NCBI GenBank assembly: GCA_030324005.1
Contig: JARDVH010000163.1
Location: forward strand, 45,884,109-45,948,108
DNA length: 64,000 nucleotides
Origin: Negaprion brevirostris
Taxonomy: Eukaryota
Direction: 5' to 3'
Part shown: one piece after another, positions 23,260-35,428 of the stretch
How positions within the stretch are numbered: position 1 is the stretch's first letter
How the letters are laid out: the number at the start of each line of letters is the position of its first letter
The notes under the pieces: model-generated
The model's database searches: none
The model's input: only the letters and a program-made list of their open reading frames with translations
Told to the model about the DNA's origin: nothing
Position numbers and translations under genes: made by a program

Positions 23260-24155
23260 GTAAGTGTTTGGTAATGAGTGGTAATTTTGAGAGTTCATTC
23301 ATTTCCTTGGAGGCCGTTGTGGTCCGTGGTAATAATAGTTGGCGTTGTGTGCTCATAATGTGACCGTTCCTCATCGTGCTTGTTGCTCGAATTGTAACTA
23401 CTACTGTGTGCGCTGCAGATTTAAATATACTTCCGTGACCTTGACAATTCGGGGAAAGCAGCTGTTTTTCAAAGTATGCTAAAGCGTTTGCAAGTACATA
23501 GATCAAACCGCAGCATTTTGTGTGCAGTGGATTTTACATTTGTGTAATATGCTTGACTTCCCAGCGCAACGGTACCCTGAAAGATTAACACATCCCAGGC
23601 GGAATATCGCGGCAGTCATCCGTGATGATATGAATGCAAATTATTCTCTCCGATTTTACGGTCCCAGAACCGAATGCACTTTAGTTGCTTAGAAAGCGCA
23701 ACATTAAAATGGCGAGCAGAGCATCTGTGAGGCAAAATAAATTGAACATTAATATTCTTATGGGCAAGACGCCTCTGAATGTGCATTCAAAGATTGTGTC
23801 AAGATTGTATCGAAGGATGCAAATTCCTGTTCGAATGTAACTGCGACCACAGGACCCAATACATCTCATATATCTAGAATTTGACGTTAGTGTGTGGTCC
23901 CAGGGCTTTTTGAGATTAGCACAAAATCAAGTCAGGGTGCAGCGTGAGTTAGGTTCATTTTCGAATATATTTGACATTAGAGAAATAGAATGTTGACTAA
24001 TTGAAGAGGTTGCGGAAATGTGGCTTCCTCAATGCTGAGTTTGGTAGCAATATTCTTTTTAAAAGGGGGCATGATATATGCGGAAATATTTCAACCGTTG
24101 AAAAACGTAAGCCGAACTTTTAAGACTAAATCTCATCTATGCTTTCTTTTTATAG

Positions 24156-24229
24156 TATGGATTTATTAATACATGTCTGAAGTCTTTGGTTATAGAAAAA
24201 TTCGGAGAAGAAACATGGGAGAAATTGAG
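24156..24229 (+). CDS. gucy1b2: gucy1b2 exon 2 (H-NOX N-terminus YGFINTCLKSLVIEKFGEETWEKL)
   Basis: tttttatag| acceptor and |gtaatt donor; 74 nt; MYGF H-NOX start motif. Confidence 0.95.
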
Positions 24230-25654
24230 GTAATTTCTGGCATTTCCCCTAAGCTAGTCATATATTCATTTCATTACCATGACCGCAAGAGTGATCCAAA
24301 CACTCGTTGTCTATACATATGTAAATAGAAATGACAACGGGAATAAATAAGTATTCTGCAGCGAATAGGACATTGGGTACTTTCGACATGTAACTCACCA
24401 TTAGAGTCAGATGCCGAATCATTAATCTTTACGTTTATTCTCAATAGATTAAAATAAAACATTAATCCACGTAAATGGAAACAAAACATTCTTCCTTTGC
24501 CAGGTTTGTGGCTATGGTTTATGTGCATGCATTTATAATTGACAGGTACAATTCCTTCAGGTCAGAGCTGGACATGTACAAACATCGCTGAGATCGATTT
24601 AAATCTGATATTCGTGCCCAATCTTTTTGAACGTATAGATTAAGCTTCAATGTTACTATTTATGCGGACACTTGTTAGATCCAACCCTAGCCTGCAGTAT
24701 ATAGTTTAGAAATAAATCCATATTCTTCTCTGGGTCTTCAGCCTGATTTAAATAGTGCTTCTCAACTTAATGTGACGTGATTAGTATATTAAAGTGTTTT
24801 TCTTAAATATAAATAACACATGTCCTTAAAGGCACATACAGCGGTGATCTACATGAGCCTGTGTTTTGCACACTCCGACAAGACCAGTTGGAATGTGAAT
24901 GCTCCATTGGGGTGAATTCCAACTGGCGGTGCTCTTCAGTGACTTCTTAGCTGGGTGGCTGTCCCTCTTCTCATAGTCACTTATCAACTTTTAAAACTGG
25001 GCCATAATTTCCTGGCTCCCTTGGGTTGCATTTGTGCTATACCCCAATGAAGCTAATAAAGGTGAACCCAGCGATTCCCCGGAAGTGCTAATTTCCCCAG
25101 GACAATTGCTGGGCTGGGAACCACCTGACAAAGCGTTTCAAATCACTAACTTCAGATGGTTCTGCCAATTTAGCTGACATAGTAATCTAAAAGAGCTAGA
25201 AGGGGGAAAAAAAACACTTCTGACATCAGAGTAACTGTTCTAAAGTTCCAGACTGTGAGATATCCCACCCTGCCAACTCTGACCTCAGGGGATCTTCAAC
25301 ATTACCTCCATCATTGACTCTAACCCACCACCAACAAAGTATCCCCCAACCTCGAAACCAACTCCTATCCAATGCCTCCACCTTCCCCCACCATTCAGGT
25401 CTGACTCCATCTGCCTGTTCCCGCCTCCCATTCCCCTCCCCACAAACCAGTCCCAGTCTGACTCAGATCCTGTTCCTCTGTCGAGGTCCAATTCCACGCC
25501 CTCCACTCCCGGTCCAATATCTGACTCCCACCCCTCATCTTTGAAATTTAGCTTCTGCCTTCTTCGTGCAGTTAAAAGGGGATATATCGTCTCTCATAGT
25601 GCTCCATTTATATCACACTGATGCAGTCAGGACACACTTTTCTGCTGCTGTCTC

Positions 25655-25839
25655 ATAGATCATATAATCCCTACAGTGCAGAAGAAGGCCATTTGGCCCA
25701 TCAAATTGCAGCAACCACAATTCCACCCAGGCCCCATTCATGTGACTCCACATAGTTACCCTGCTAATCCCACTGACACTAAGGGTGAATTTAGTATGGC
25801 TAATCAACCTAACCCACACATCTTTGGACTGTGAGGGGA
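25655..25839 (-). mobile_element. HE1/V-SINE 3' half running into a gap
   Basis: atccctacagtgcagaagaaggccatttggcccatc. Confidence 0.85.
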
Positions 25840-26589
25840 NNNNNNNNNNNNNNNNNNNNNNNNNNNNNNNNNNNNNNNNNNNNNNNNNNNNNNNNNNNNN
25901 NNNNNNNNNNNNNNNNNNNNNNNNNNNNNNNNNNNNNNNNNNNNNNNNNNNNNNNNNNNNNNNNNNNNNNNNNNNNNNNNNNNNNNNNNNNNNNNNNNNN
26001 NNNNNNNNNNNNNNNNNNNNNNNNNNNNNNNNNNNNNNNNNNNNNNNNNNNNNNNNNNNNNNNNNNNNNNNNNNNNNNNNNNNNNNNNNNNNNNNNNNNN
26101 NNNNNNNNNNNNNNNNNNNNNNNNNNNNNNNNNNNNNNNNNNNNNNNNNNNNNNNNNNNNNNNNNNNNNNNNNNNNNNNNNNNNNNNNNNNNNNNNNNNN
26201 NNNNNNNNNNNNNNNNNNNNNNNNNNNNNNNNNNNNNNNNNNNNNNNNNNNNNNNNNNNNNNNNNNNNNNNNNNNNNNNNNNNNNNNNNNNNNNNNNNNN
26301 NNNNNNNNNNNNNNNNNNNNNNNNNNNNNNNNNNNNNNNNNNNNNNNNNNNNNNNNNNNNNNNNNNNNNNNNNNCTATCATTGAACCACCAATGCTGCTC
26401 TAAACCTGAGTGAGGAAGATCTCACCCTACCTGAGTGAGAAAGGGTGTGCAGCACTCTGGCTTTGGAATTCCAGCGAAGGGAAGTACCTCAGAGTGGTAG
26501 TCTGTGGGTGATTGCCACTCTGAAGAAGTTACGGGCCAATAAAAATTGGAGGATATTGATTTGTTCTGTCTTTCATTTATTTTCCACAG

Positions 26590-26684
26590 GGTTGCTGCTG
26601 GAGTCCCAGACACTTTTATGACATTTGAAGTGTATGCAGATGACAATACAACACGACTGGTGGAGGAAGCTTGCAAATTATTAG
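26590..26684 (+). CDS. gucy1b2: gucy1b2 exon 3 (VAAGVPDTFMTFEVYADDNTTRLVEEACKLL)
   Basis: ttttccacag| acceptor and |gtaggt donor; 95 nt; phases 2 to 1 fit the neighbouring exons; H-NOX Y-x-D helix. Confidence 0.95.
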
Positions 26685-26967
26685 GTAGGTTTCATGTTAT
26701 CATTACCAATATTTGTACATTGCATTTCTAACTTCAGTGTTACATTCAAATTTATACCAAAATCATCTCAGCACCTAAGGAGTTCCCTCCTAAAAGCTGG
26801 ACATTTCAATGTTAAGAGTACAGGGGAGGGAATACTCCTTGCCCCCCTCGAGTTCCAGTTGACCTCACCAGCACTTTGGAAATGTAATTTGACATTGGAG
26901 TGGAGTTGTACTCAATCAGAATCGGTGCGAATACCACCACTGGAAACCTCCTAGTGGAGGCTGGTTT

Positions 26968-27064
26968 CTGAAATAAGAACAAAAACTGATGGAAAAACTT
27001 AATAGGTCTGGCAGCATCAATGGAGAGAGAAAAAAATGTTTTGAGTCCATGTGACTTTTCAGAG
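26968..27064 (-). mobile_element. PLE family B terminal-repeat fragment
   Basis: ctgaaataagaacaaaaactgatggaaaaactt..aggtctggcagcatc..gagtccatgtgac. Confidence 0.6.
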
Positions 27065-27207
27065 ACAGAGATTGGATTCTTTCCTTAATTTATACTCTTA
27101 TACTTAGAATGCAAATGCATCCTATAAATCATCCTTTGCATCTACTTTGCTGTTTAAATAGTGGTGAGATGACAGCATATTATTTATATGCAAATAGTGT
27201 AGCCGCT

Positions 27208-27500
27208 TGCTCTTGTGGCACAGTGGGTATCCCTGCCTCTGAGGCAAAGCACTGGGTTTAAGTCCCACTCTAATTCTTGTTGGTCAAGGAAACTGAGTTC
27301 ATAGTATGACTAAACAGGTTGAGTAGCAACTTGCAAATCCTACAACACATGCCAAAACAGCAGCAAAAGTAGGAGAGATTCCTGGTCAATCACATGATAG
27401 AAAGAAACTGGAGTCTCTACCATCACTATCCATAGCTCCAGACTACAACATGCATGTAAGATGCATGTTGCCAGAGCAATGTGCACTCCACGAGCAAACT
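27208..27500 (+). mobile_element. Second tRNA-derived SINE family (related copy on - at about 40190-40285)
   Basis: tcttgtggcacagtgggt..ctgcctctgag..gggtttaagtccca has A- and B-box-like motifs. The reverse complement of 40200-40282 is similar. Confidence 0.55.
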
Positions 27501-28659
27501 ATAACATGCCAGCGCAATCATTTTAACACAAAGTGCTAGTCAACCTCTCTGGTATTGAGAATCAACCATTAAACATACAGTTTGTCTTTCATTTGGAATA
27601 AAAAATCCAGAATTTTAAATCTACACTTCAAAATAAAGTTTTCTTTATCTCTTTTTATCCAATCTTTATTTCCCTCATTTTATTTGTGTTTCTGTACCTG
27701 ATTTGAGTGAAATCACACGTGCTAACTGACTCTTCATTCTCAGTCATTGCACTGTTAATTTCACAATCATTCAATCTGATTGATTAAGGAGATATTGAGT
27801 TGCTTGTTCCGTTCACTCAAGCCTGGCTTCCCTTGCCACACATTATTAGCTCATACTTTCAGCATTGTGTTATTCAAAAGTTGTACAAGCCTAAGTATAC
27901 TGGGGAAGGTCTAATGAATGATGCTGTAAACTAATTTTAGTCCACTGTTTTGAATAAATATTGGGGAATTCTCCCAAAAGTGCTGAATTGGTGGGAAAAT
28001 TATTCTGGATCACCACTGTTTTGTCAGTTCAACTTCACACTCAAATTGCCATACTCTGTGCTCTGCAGAGTTCCCAATCGTAAATATCATTAAAAACCCG
28101 GGGGGGGCGGTGGGGTCTTTCCATGCCAGACTCTGACACTTCTGGAAATCTGCACATGCGCAGTGGCCTCAATTTGTTAGTCTCTCCATTTGCTGACCAG
28201 CTCAATCGTTGGCCAGCTCAGGACCTCCGCAGTGCTACCCCTCTGGCCTCCCCCTCTTGGCCCGATCGTGGCCCCCACCACAAGTCCCGGGCCAGCCTTG
28301 ACCACCACCCACCCCCCGGCCCCGGAGNNNNNNNNNNNNNNNNNNNNNNNNNNNNNNNNNNNNNNNNNNNNNNNNNNNNNNNNNNNNNNNNNNNNNNNNN
28401 NNNNNNNNNNNNNNNNNNNNNNNNNNNCCAGCAGTGGCGATCTCCCCACCCCAGGAGGCAGGCAGGCCCCTCTGGCAGGCCCTTCCCAACATCCTACCCC
28501 ACCCCCGGGGCAGTACACCCCTCCTGGGAGGCAGGACCCTTCAGCAGACCACCCCCCAAGTCGCCATCCTCCCTCCATCCCAGACCGGTTGCCATGCAGG
28601 ACCGTGGCAACAGGACCCCCCCACACCCTCTCTGTTCACCCCTAGGCCCACCCACAATA

Positions 28660-29105
28660 TATTATACTGTATGAGAATAAGATGCTGATCAGTTGGCAAG
28701 TAGTCTGATTGGCAGAGGCATTGCCATGGAGAATGAACTGGGTGACTGACAGTTAACTGCCAAGCACTGTTTGAAATTTAAACCAGACAGTTGATCCTGA
28801 TGGGTCAAGGCATTTCCTTGAGAATGAGTCAGCGAATGACTTACTTATTTAGCTGAAACGGGTGCAATATGTTTACATGTTCTTTCTATCTGCAAAGAAC
28901 AAGGCCCTGTGTATTAATGTTTTCACCTTCAAGTGCATGCCAATGTGCCACACTGCAAGCCTGATTGATAACCTTAAATTGATTGTCAGAGTAATTTTTC
29001 TCATACAGTAGAAATGGTTGTTTTCTGCTTATATATCTGTTCTTGCAAAGTGTTCTGATGGGTGCAAAACAAAAAGCTTTCACATGTCCCTTTTTTCAAG
29101 AATAA
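28660..29105. mobile_element. PLE family C 3' region (minus) with forward terminal repeat
   Basis: 28675-28720 is reverse-complementary to 29785-29830. 29050-29105 carries a decayed gttCTGATGGgtgcaaaacAAAAAGCTTtc hammerhead-like motif. Confidence 0.55.
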
Positions 29106-29487
29106 ATATTAAAGCTTTTGAATATTTGACAAGCTACAGAACACTTGTTTTTAATTTGTTTGTTGTTCTTTGACTTTGCTCTTTCATGCACCTTACTCTT
29201 GCTTCATACTTCTACTGGTAAACTTTGTTTCCAAACTGTCTTTCCACATCCTTCCTGTTTACAAAACCCTTTCACAGCTCATGCTTTTGAATGAACTTTC
29301 AGTCTCCCTTAACTCTTCCACCGTAGTTCTTATGATATGTTCTTTTAGTTTACTTATTCGTCCCAGCTCCCCTTAAGCTTAAATGTCTTGAGACATTTTC
29401 TGCATTGAAGTAACTGTTTCAGAGCAAATTGTTGCTGAAAGTCTGTTAATATTTTGTCCAAGTAACTTTTTTTATTGTGACCTCCAG

Positions 29488-29648
29488 ATGTGGAGTCAGC
29501 TGTGGTGCTGAATCAATTCGGAGAGTATTTTTTTGAGTTTTGTAAAAGATCTGGATATGATCACATGCTCCGTACTCTGGGCGGTAACCTGATGGAGTTC
29601 ATTGAGAACCTTGATGCATTACACAGTTACCTTTCATTGTCTTATCAG
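29488..29648 (+). CDS. gucy1b2: gucy1b2 exon 4 (..FGEYFFEFCKRSGYDHMLRTLGGNLMEFIENLDALHSYLSLSYQ), with the proximal heme His
   Basis: cctccag| acceptor; 161 nt. NLDALH His103 is equivalent to beta-1 His105. The exon ends at CAG|GCAAGT, a GC donor, in phase 0 with exon 5. Confidence 0.95.
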
Positions 29649-29719
29649 GCAAGTATAAAGGAATTACTTGTGGTTCCTTGGGGTCAGTTAAGCGCAATTG
29701 CTTGGTACAGGACTTGAAT

Positions 29720-29930
29720 ATTTGCTGAAAAGAGAGAGATATGTTGCCGTAGCTTTTTGTACTCCTATTGGTACAAAGCCTTGGTCAATCAAGATTTGAC
29801 TTGCCAACGAATCAGCATCCTTTTCTCCAGTATTATAAATTGTTGTGATTTTTTGAAATTTGGCATTCTTGTGTTTGTCCTGATGAGTGCAAGATGAAAG
29901 TTTGGGCAACATATTTCCCTTTCAGCAATG
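29720..29930. mobile_element. PLE family C terminal repeat with inverted end, 70 nt downstream of exon 4
   Basis: ttgctgaaaagagagagatatgttgcc is inverted relative to ggcaacatatttccctttcagcaa. It contains ttgtc-CTGATGA-gtgcaagat-GAAA-gtttg-ggcaa at about 29875-29910. Confidence 0.65.
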
Positions 29931-30033
29931 TACAATAAGGGTTTATATAAACATACAATTTACCAGAACTTTAACAATCAGTATAAAAATGCTGCTGATC
30001 TGGCTTTTTGTTTTAGGATAATAATAAACATTA

Positions 30034-30170
30034 GGGCCTGAATCTTACCACCATTCATGCCGGTAGGATTGTCTCATTCTGCTGCAGTGAATGGAAATTT
30101 GGCTGGCCACCAAATTCTCCGACCTCGCTGCAGTGGGAGTATGGCATAAGTGGCAGGTAAGATTGTGCCC
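30034..30170. mobile_element. MITE-like element, G-rich TIR
   Basis: gggcctgaatcttacc ... ggtaagattgtgccc; internal sequence is related to 6171-6306. Confidence 0.65.
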
Positions 30171-30739
30171 CAGGACTGGCATGAATAGGTCCATTTGCAA
30201 ACAAGCACGACTATTAGTAACATGCTAACATTAAAACTACAAGTTATATTCCCGTATACAATTAATATTTACTTTAGAATGTCACAAAAAACATAAGAAT
30301 GAAATATTCACTATATTATAGTTACCAAACTACGGTCTATGCATGCCATTTTCCCTCAGAAGGTTTGGGAGAAAGATATTTGTGTTCCTTGGGGATAAAT
30401 GGGTTCCAAGATGACATGCTAGAATCAAGGGATTGTTACAGCAATTAAGGAGACCAGTTCTTCAACTGAATCCATGCTGGTTTTCTACAAGGGCAATTTC
30501 TGCTGGCCAGTAAAAGATTGGCACTAAATAATCCTATTGCAGACTCAGTGATTCGATACCTGAGCTGGGTAGGCTTTGTGTATTCTGAAGCATCAACAAT
30601 GAATAGCCAGTTTGGATTACTAATGGGACTTAGAAGGAAATTCAACAAATAAGAAGCTGGAATTCTTCACCCTTGGCTGCAGATAATCTTGAAATCCAGA
30701 ACTCTGAATAGATTGAAAGTGGCTGAGCAAACAACATGA

Positions 30740-31585
30740 AACTAAAATAAAAACTGAACAAGCTTAAAATACTTGGCAGGTCTATGGACAGAGCAAGGGA
30801 ATTAATGCTTCAGATTGATTACCTTTCACCAGAACTGGGAAAAGTTAGAAATGGAACAGGTTTTAAGCAAGGGAGAAAATGGACAAAAGTAATGTCTATG
30901 GTTGGGCAGTAAGAGATTAATGACAGAGGAGCTAGTCTCACAGGGCCAAGGAAAATTGTGATGGAGTGAGAAAAGAAACAAATTAACAGAGAGGTACTTA
31001 GAGCAGATGTACTTCTGCCTGAAGATGAAAATGAGAGAAAAACAAAAATGCACCAGAAAAGATCTAAAACAGCACAAGCTGGAAGGCAGAGATTAGGATC
31101 TGAAATTGTTGAACTCAGTGTTGAGTCGAGAAAGCTACAAAATGCCGAATCAAATGATGAAATACTGTTCATTGAGCTATGTTGAATTTCACTGGAACAG
31201 CGCAGTAGGCCAAGAACAGCCATGTCAACATAAGAGCAAATTGGAGAATTAAAAGATGAGGTTACCGAAAGCTCGGGTCATGTTTGCGGACTGAGTGAAG
31301 GTGCTCTGCAAAGCAAGCAGCCAATCTGCATTCGGTCTCCCAGTGTGAAACAGACGGACATTGAAAGAAGTACATTTGCTACATATATACTTCTTTCAGT
31401 GTAGTACATTGTATTCCATGCTCACAATGCGCAAAATCTATTCCATTTCTTACTTATGCCAATTCTGATGAAATGCCATTGACCTGAAACACAAATTCTA
31501 TTTTCTTTCTCTATAGATGCTGCCAGACCTGCTGATATTTCCAGCATTATCTGCTTTTATTTCATATTTCAAGCATCTACAGATC
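30740..31585 (-). mobile_element. PLE family B 3' fragment (GIY-YIG remnant on -) plus inverted forward terminal repeat
   Basis: The minus strand has a decayed ..TLGDRMQIG..AEHL.SVRK.DPELS GIY-YIG-type segment. The + strand at 31456-31580 has ttCTGATGAaatgccattgacctGAAAcac...gatgctgccagacctgctga. Confidence 0.7.
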
Positions 31586-32311
31586 GTGAAGCCAGCTAGT
31601 GCTCTGTAATGTTAAATTGTATGGTTTGGTTGGTAAAATTACAGCAGTGTCTCTATGCACACTTGACAGTTCCTATACAGCTTTCTTCAACCTACATTTT
31701 AGGCACCTGGGCTGTGTCCCATTTGGATAAGCCTATGCATTACATAACAATTTTGGGCAATGAGTGTTTGCTCAGTAGCTTGGCCTGGCTTGACAATAAT
31801 TTTCTATACATACCTTGACTGACTGACCAAAACACATCTATGATTATTATATGTCTAGTCAACTTGTAGAGTATAACACAGTGGGCGGGATTCTCCAGCC
31901 ACCTCATCCTGAAATCAAAAAATCCTGCCCGAGGTCAATGGGCTTTTCCAAAATCCGCACCTTGCCCTGCTACAATTCGCATGGTTGACAGAACAGGAAA
32001 ATTTGCCTCAATATTTCTCATCATTTACTGAATTCAAGGGGAAAACGTGTGAAATGTCCCTCCTTTTCTGTGCATTTAGAATGCAAATAACACTCCCAGT
32101 GCGCCATTTTCCACTTATTAATTGAAAGGAGCAGTGAATGAGGATTTCACCCCAAAATGACATGACCACCACATCACTGGTGAGCCATACAAAAGCTTAA
32201 TTAAAAGCCAAATTATTATCTTTACTAAATAGATGTACAGATTTTGGAATGACATGAATTAATGTAACCTAACAAGAGATTCAAATTTGGTATTTAATTC
32301 ACATTATGCAG

Positions 32312-32411
32312 GAGATGAATGCACCATCTTTCAGGGTGGAAAAAACCGAAGACAGTTCAATGTTACTGCATTATTACTCTGACAGGAGAGGACTGTGTCA
32401 CATTGTTCCTG
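32312..32411 (+). CDS. gucy1b2: gucy1b2 exon 5 (EMNAPSFRVEKTEDSSMLLHYYSDRRGLCHIVP)
   Basis: tgcag| acceptor and |gtaaga donor; 100 nt; APSF proline and YxSxR heme-propionate motif. Missed by the ORF track. Confidence 0.95.
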
Positions 32412-32509
32412 GTAAGAATGCTCGGATAAGATTACTTTTATAGCTTTATACATGTAAATATTTGTGTACTCTAAATAGAATGAAAAAGCAAATATGAACA
32501 GGTTTGGAA

Positions 32510-32990
32510 TTTTTGAAAGTGGATATATAACCAGGCTCATCCCAGGCTACTAAAAGAACCAAGGGAGGAGATAATGGAGGCTCTGATCATTATTTTGTAA
32601 CCTCCCTATAAACTGGAATGATGCTGGAGGACTGGAAAACTGCTATTGTTGTATCATTGTTTAAAAAGGGAGATAGGGATAGACTGTATAACTTACAGGT
32701 TGTCATTCTAACATTGATAATGGACAAATTAACTGGGGGATAGGTTTGTAGTAACTGTGAGCAGGGTTACAAGGGAGTTGAGAAGAAATCTTTTCACCTA
32801 GAAGGTAATTGGCATCTGGATCTCACTGCCTGAAAGGGTGCTAGAGGCACCAACAACATAATTGAAAAAACATTGTGTATGACTTGAGGTTGTACAACTG
32901 AACAAGAGCTGGAAAGTGGAATTAGCCTGGACTGGTGCAGATACAATGGGCTACTTATGAGTGACCTCTTCCTGTGCTGTCAATGTTATG
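32510..32990 (+). mobile_element. Decayed, internally deleted CR1 fragment
   Basis: HPRLLKE..EDWKTA.V..LFKKGDR motif and a CR1-like 3' end. Confidence 0.7.
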
Positions 32991-33510
32991 GTTGTACATC
33001 ATTTTCCTTTGGACACCAAGGTTGCATTTCTAAAATTAGGGACCAACATGTGACAATGGCTGGTGAGTCCACTTTACAATGGTCTTCTGTTTTATGTATC
33101 TACAACTATATAACAAATTCATACATGACGTAACATCCAACTTCAGATAACATAATGATGCAGTACTGAAGAGTGTGATTATGCTGTCATGTTCCTAATG
33201 GTGTGACATATTTTTGATTTATATCAATTTTGTCTGTATTCCATCCTTCCATTGAGCATATAGTAACACCAAAAATTTGATTCCACAATTTTACCTGCAA
33301 GATCATTCAAGGCATTGTCTTCATTGCTGCTTGTGTGAATTGTTTCCTGACACTAGTCCTGAATTGACTTTACCAATCTGTTCCTATATCCTCATGACTG
33401 ATAATCATTAATTACCATGAAGTAGTGCTCAAGATTAGCCATTTCTAGTGTTTCTGGTATCACATGTATATCGCTAACCTCTTTGCAGACTTAGGCATAT
33501 AGATTTTTCT

Positions 33511-33716
33511 CATTTTCTCCCCGTGTCTGTGTGGGCTTCCTTTGGGTGCCCCGGTTTCCTCCCACGGTCTGAAAATGTGCTGGTTAGGTGCATTGGCCAT
33601 GTTAAATTCTCCCTCAGTGTAACCAAACAGGCAAGTGTGGTGACTAGGGAATTTTCACATTAACTTCACTGCAGTGTTAATGGAAGCTTACTTGTGACAC
33701 TAATAAATAAACTTAA
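33511..33716 (+). mobile_element. V-SINE without head, second tail type
   Basis: ttctccccgtgtctgtgtggg..cttgtgacactaataaataaact. Confidence 0.85.
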
Positions 33717-34696
33717 CTTAAAGTTTAAAAATCCTGCATGCCCAATTAAGCACTGCGATCTGTCTCATGTTGACAGCTGTCTGTGCCTATATGACAGAAA
33801 TCACGAGTCTCATGTCCTCATGTCTTTATCACCACTGGTTTTGCTCCTTGGGTTAATGCAGGCTTTCCCAAACCTTTCTAGTCTTGGAACTTCTGGTGAC
33901 TTCCCAAGGGGATCAAGGAACCCCAAAGATTCTTATCATGTCGATGACATGGTAATGTCACATGAATCCCCTGCCAAAGACAACCCCAGGGTTCTATGGA
34001 ATCTAGTTTGGGAACCGCTGGACATTTCCTGGAGACAAAAACTAGGAAAATTAATCCTTTTCTGCTTAGTTCTCAGAACAAATATTCAAATAAATTAAGC
34101 CACAAATTTACTGCAGTAACTTCAGTTTACAGTGGTTATATCAGTTTTTGTGAAAATGTTCCTAAACATTCGACACAGCTTAACTAAGAAAGGATTTGTA
34201 TTTCCTTAAAATGAAGACCTACATAAATTAATGAAACACAACAAAATGCTGAAAATTGATTGAAAGGAGAAGAAATCGAAATGATAAAAGTGGGGGATTC
34301 ACCCATCCTGTTTGCTGCTGCTGGGCATCCCAACATCCTTCTGAATGGGGCATCAGAGCTAAAATGGGATTCTAGATAGGTATCAAACTCATCACCATTG
34401 ACCTGGTCCCTGCCAGCTCTGATTAGGTCTGGATGGGAACCCAGGAGCCAAGGAGGTAAGTGAGGGGCACATGAGCAATGCAATTATCTTCTGGCCCTCC
34501 CCGCTGTACAAGTTGCCAGGTCAGCATGCTACTGTTAGGTGCTAGTGCAAGGTTAAAACTGGGAACTCTGAGCTGAGAGTGGGTGGGGGTGTGTGGGGTT
34601 ACAAGGTGGATCGATCTTGGAGTGTCTCTCTTGTGGGGGCTGGGCTGTACATGCCTCTGGCTGGGAGTGGGGGTTGGGTCACCCTCATGCCCGCAT

Positions 34697-34932
34697 GGTG
34701 TGTGTGTGTGTGTGTGTGTGTGCTTGTTACTCAGTGTTACTGTGGGGGTAGTGTGTGTGTGTGTGTGCGCGCTTGTTACTCAGTGTTACTGTGGGGGGAG
34801 TGTGTGTGTGCTTGTTGTCCAGTGTTATTGTGTGGGGAGTGTGTGTGTGTGCTTGATTCTCAGTGTTACTGTGTCTGTTACTCAGTGTTTGTGTGATTGT
34901 GTGTGTTTGTTACTCAGTGTTACTGTGTGGGG
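34697..34932. repeat. (GT)n-containing minisatellite
   Basis: About 5-6 copies of (tg)n-cttgttactcagtgttactgtgggg. Confidence 0.9.
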
Positions 34933-35141
34933 GAGGCAGTTGGGTGAGGTTCGGGTGGTGGGGACTGAGACCCACAGCAAGGCTGTGAATATGAAAACAG
35001 TTTGTAAGGAGCAGGCAGATTGCGTTGTGCAATAGGCTGATTTTCCGGATACACTCAGCATAACAGAGTGGTGTGTATGTAATCAGTGCAATCTCCTTAT
35101 CCTTAGCATTGAGTGTAAGCACCCCCTGGACACCCGATTAA

Positions 35142-35410
35142 AATCATACAATCCCGACTGTGCGGAAGGAGGCCATTCAGCCCATTGAGTCTGCACCGAT
35201 CACAATCCCACCCAGACCCTATCCCCACAATCCCATGCATTTTCCTGAGTTCATCCTTCTGGCACCAAGGGGCAATTTAGCAGGGCCAATCCACCTAACG
35301 TACACATCTTTGGAGTGTGGGAGGAAACCCACGCAGACATGGGGAGAAGGTGCAGACTCCACACAGACAGTGACCCAAGCCGGGAATGGAACCCAGATAC
35401 CTGGTGCAGT
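35142..35410 (-). mobile_element. HE1/V-SINE, CR1-type tail
   Basis: V-domain and tail on the - strand, abutting PLE family A. Confidence 0.85.
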
Positions 35411-35428
35411 GGGGCTGATGGTAGTCAG

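Larger units (their letters stand above)
22990..23700 (+). promoter_or_regulatory. CpG-enriched promoter/exon-1 region of gucy1b2
   Basis: CpG dinucleotides are frequent here against a CpG-depleted background. The region surrounds the ATG exon and contains a candidate TATAAA at 23150-23155 and a CRE half-site TGACG at 23164-23168. Confidence 0.65.

Noticed and set aside
29875-29910. Active sense-strand ribozyme in intron 4
   Set aside because: CUGAUGA and GAAA are intact, but with the best stem I pairing position 17 is G and the stem III palindrome is lost, so cleavage is unlikely.
34579-35035. Cys/Val-rich ORFs resembling metallothionein or keratin-associated proteins
   Set aside because: Translation of a (GT)n minisatellite.
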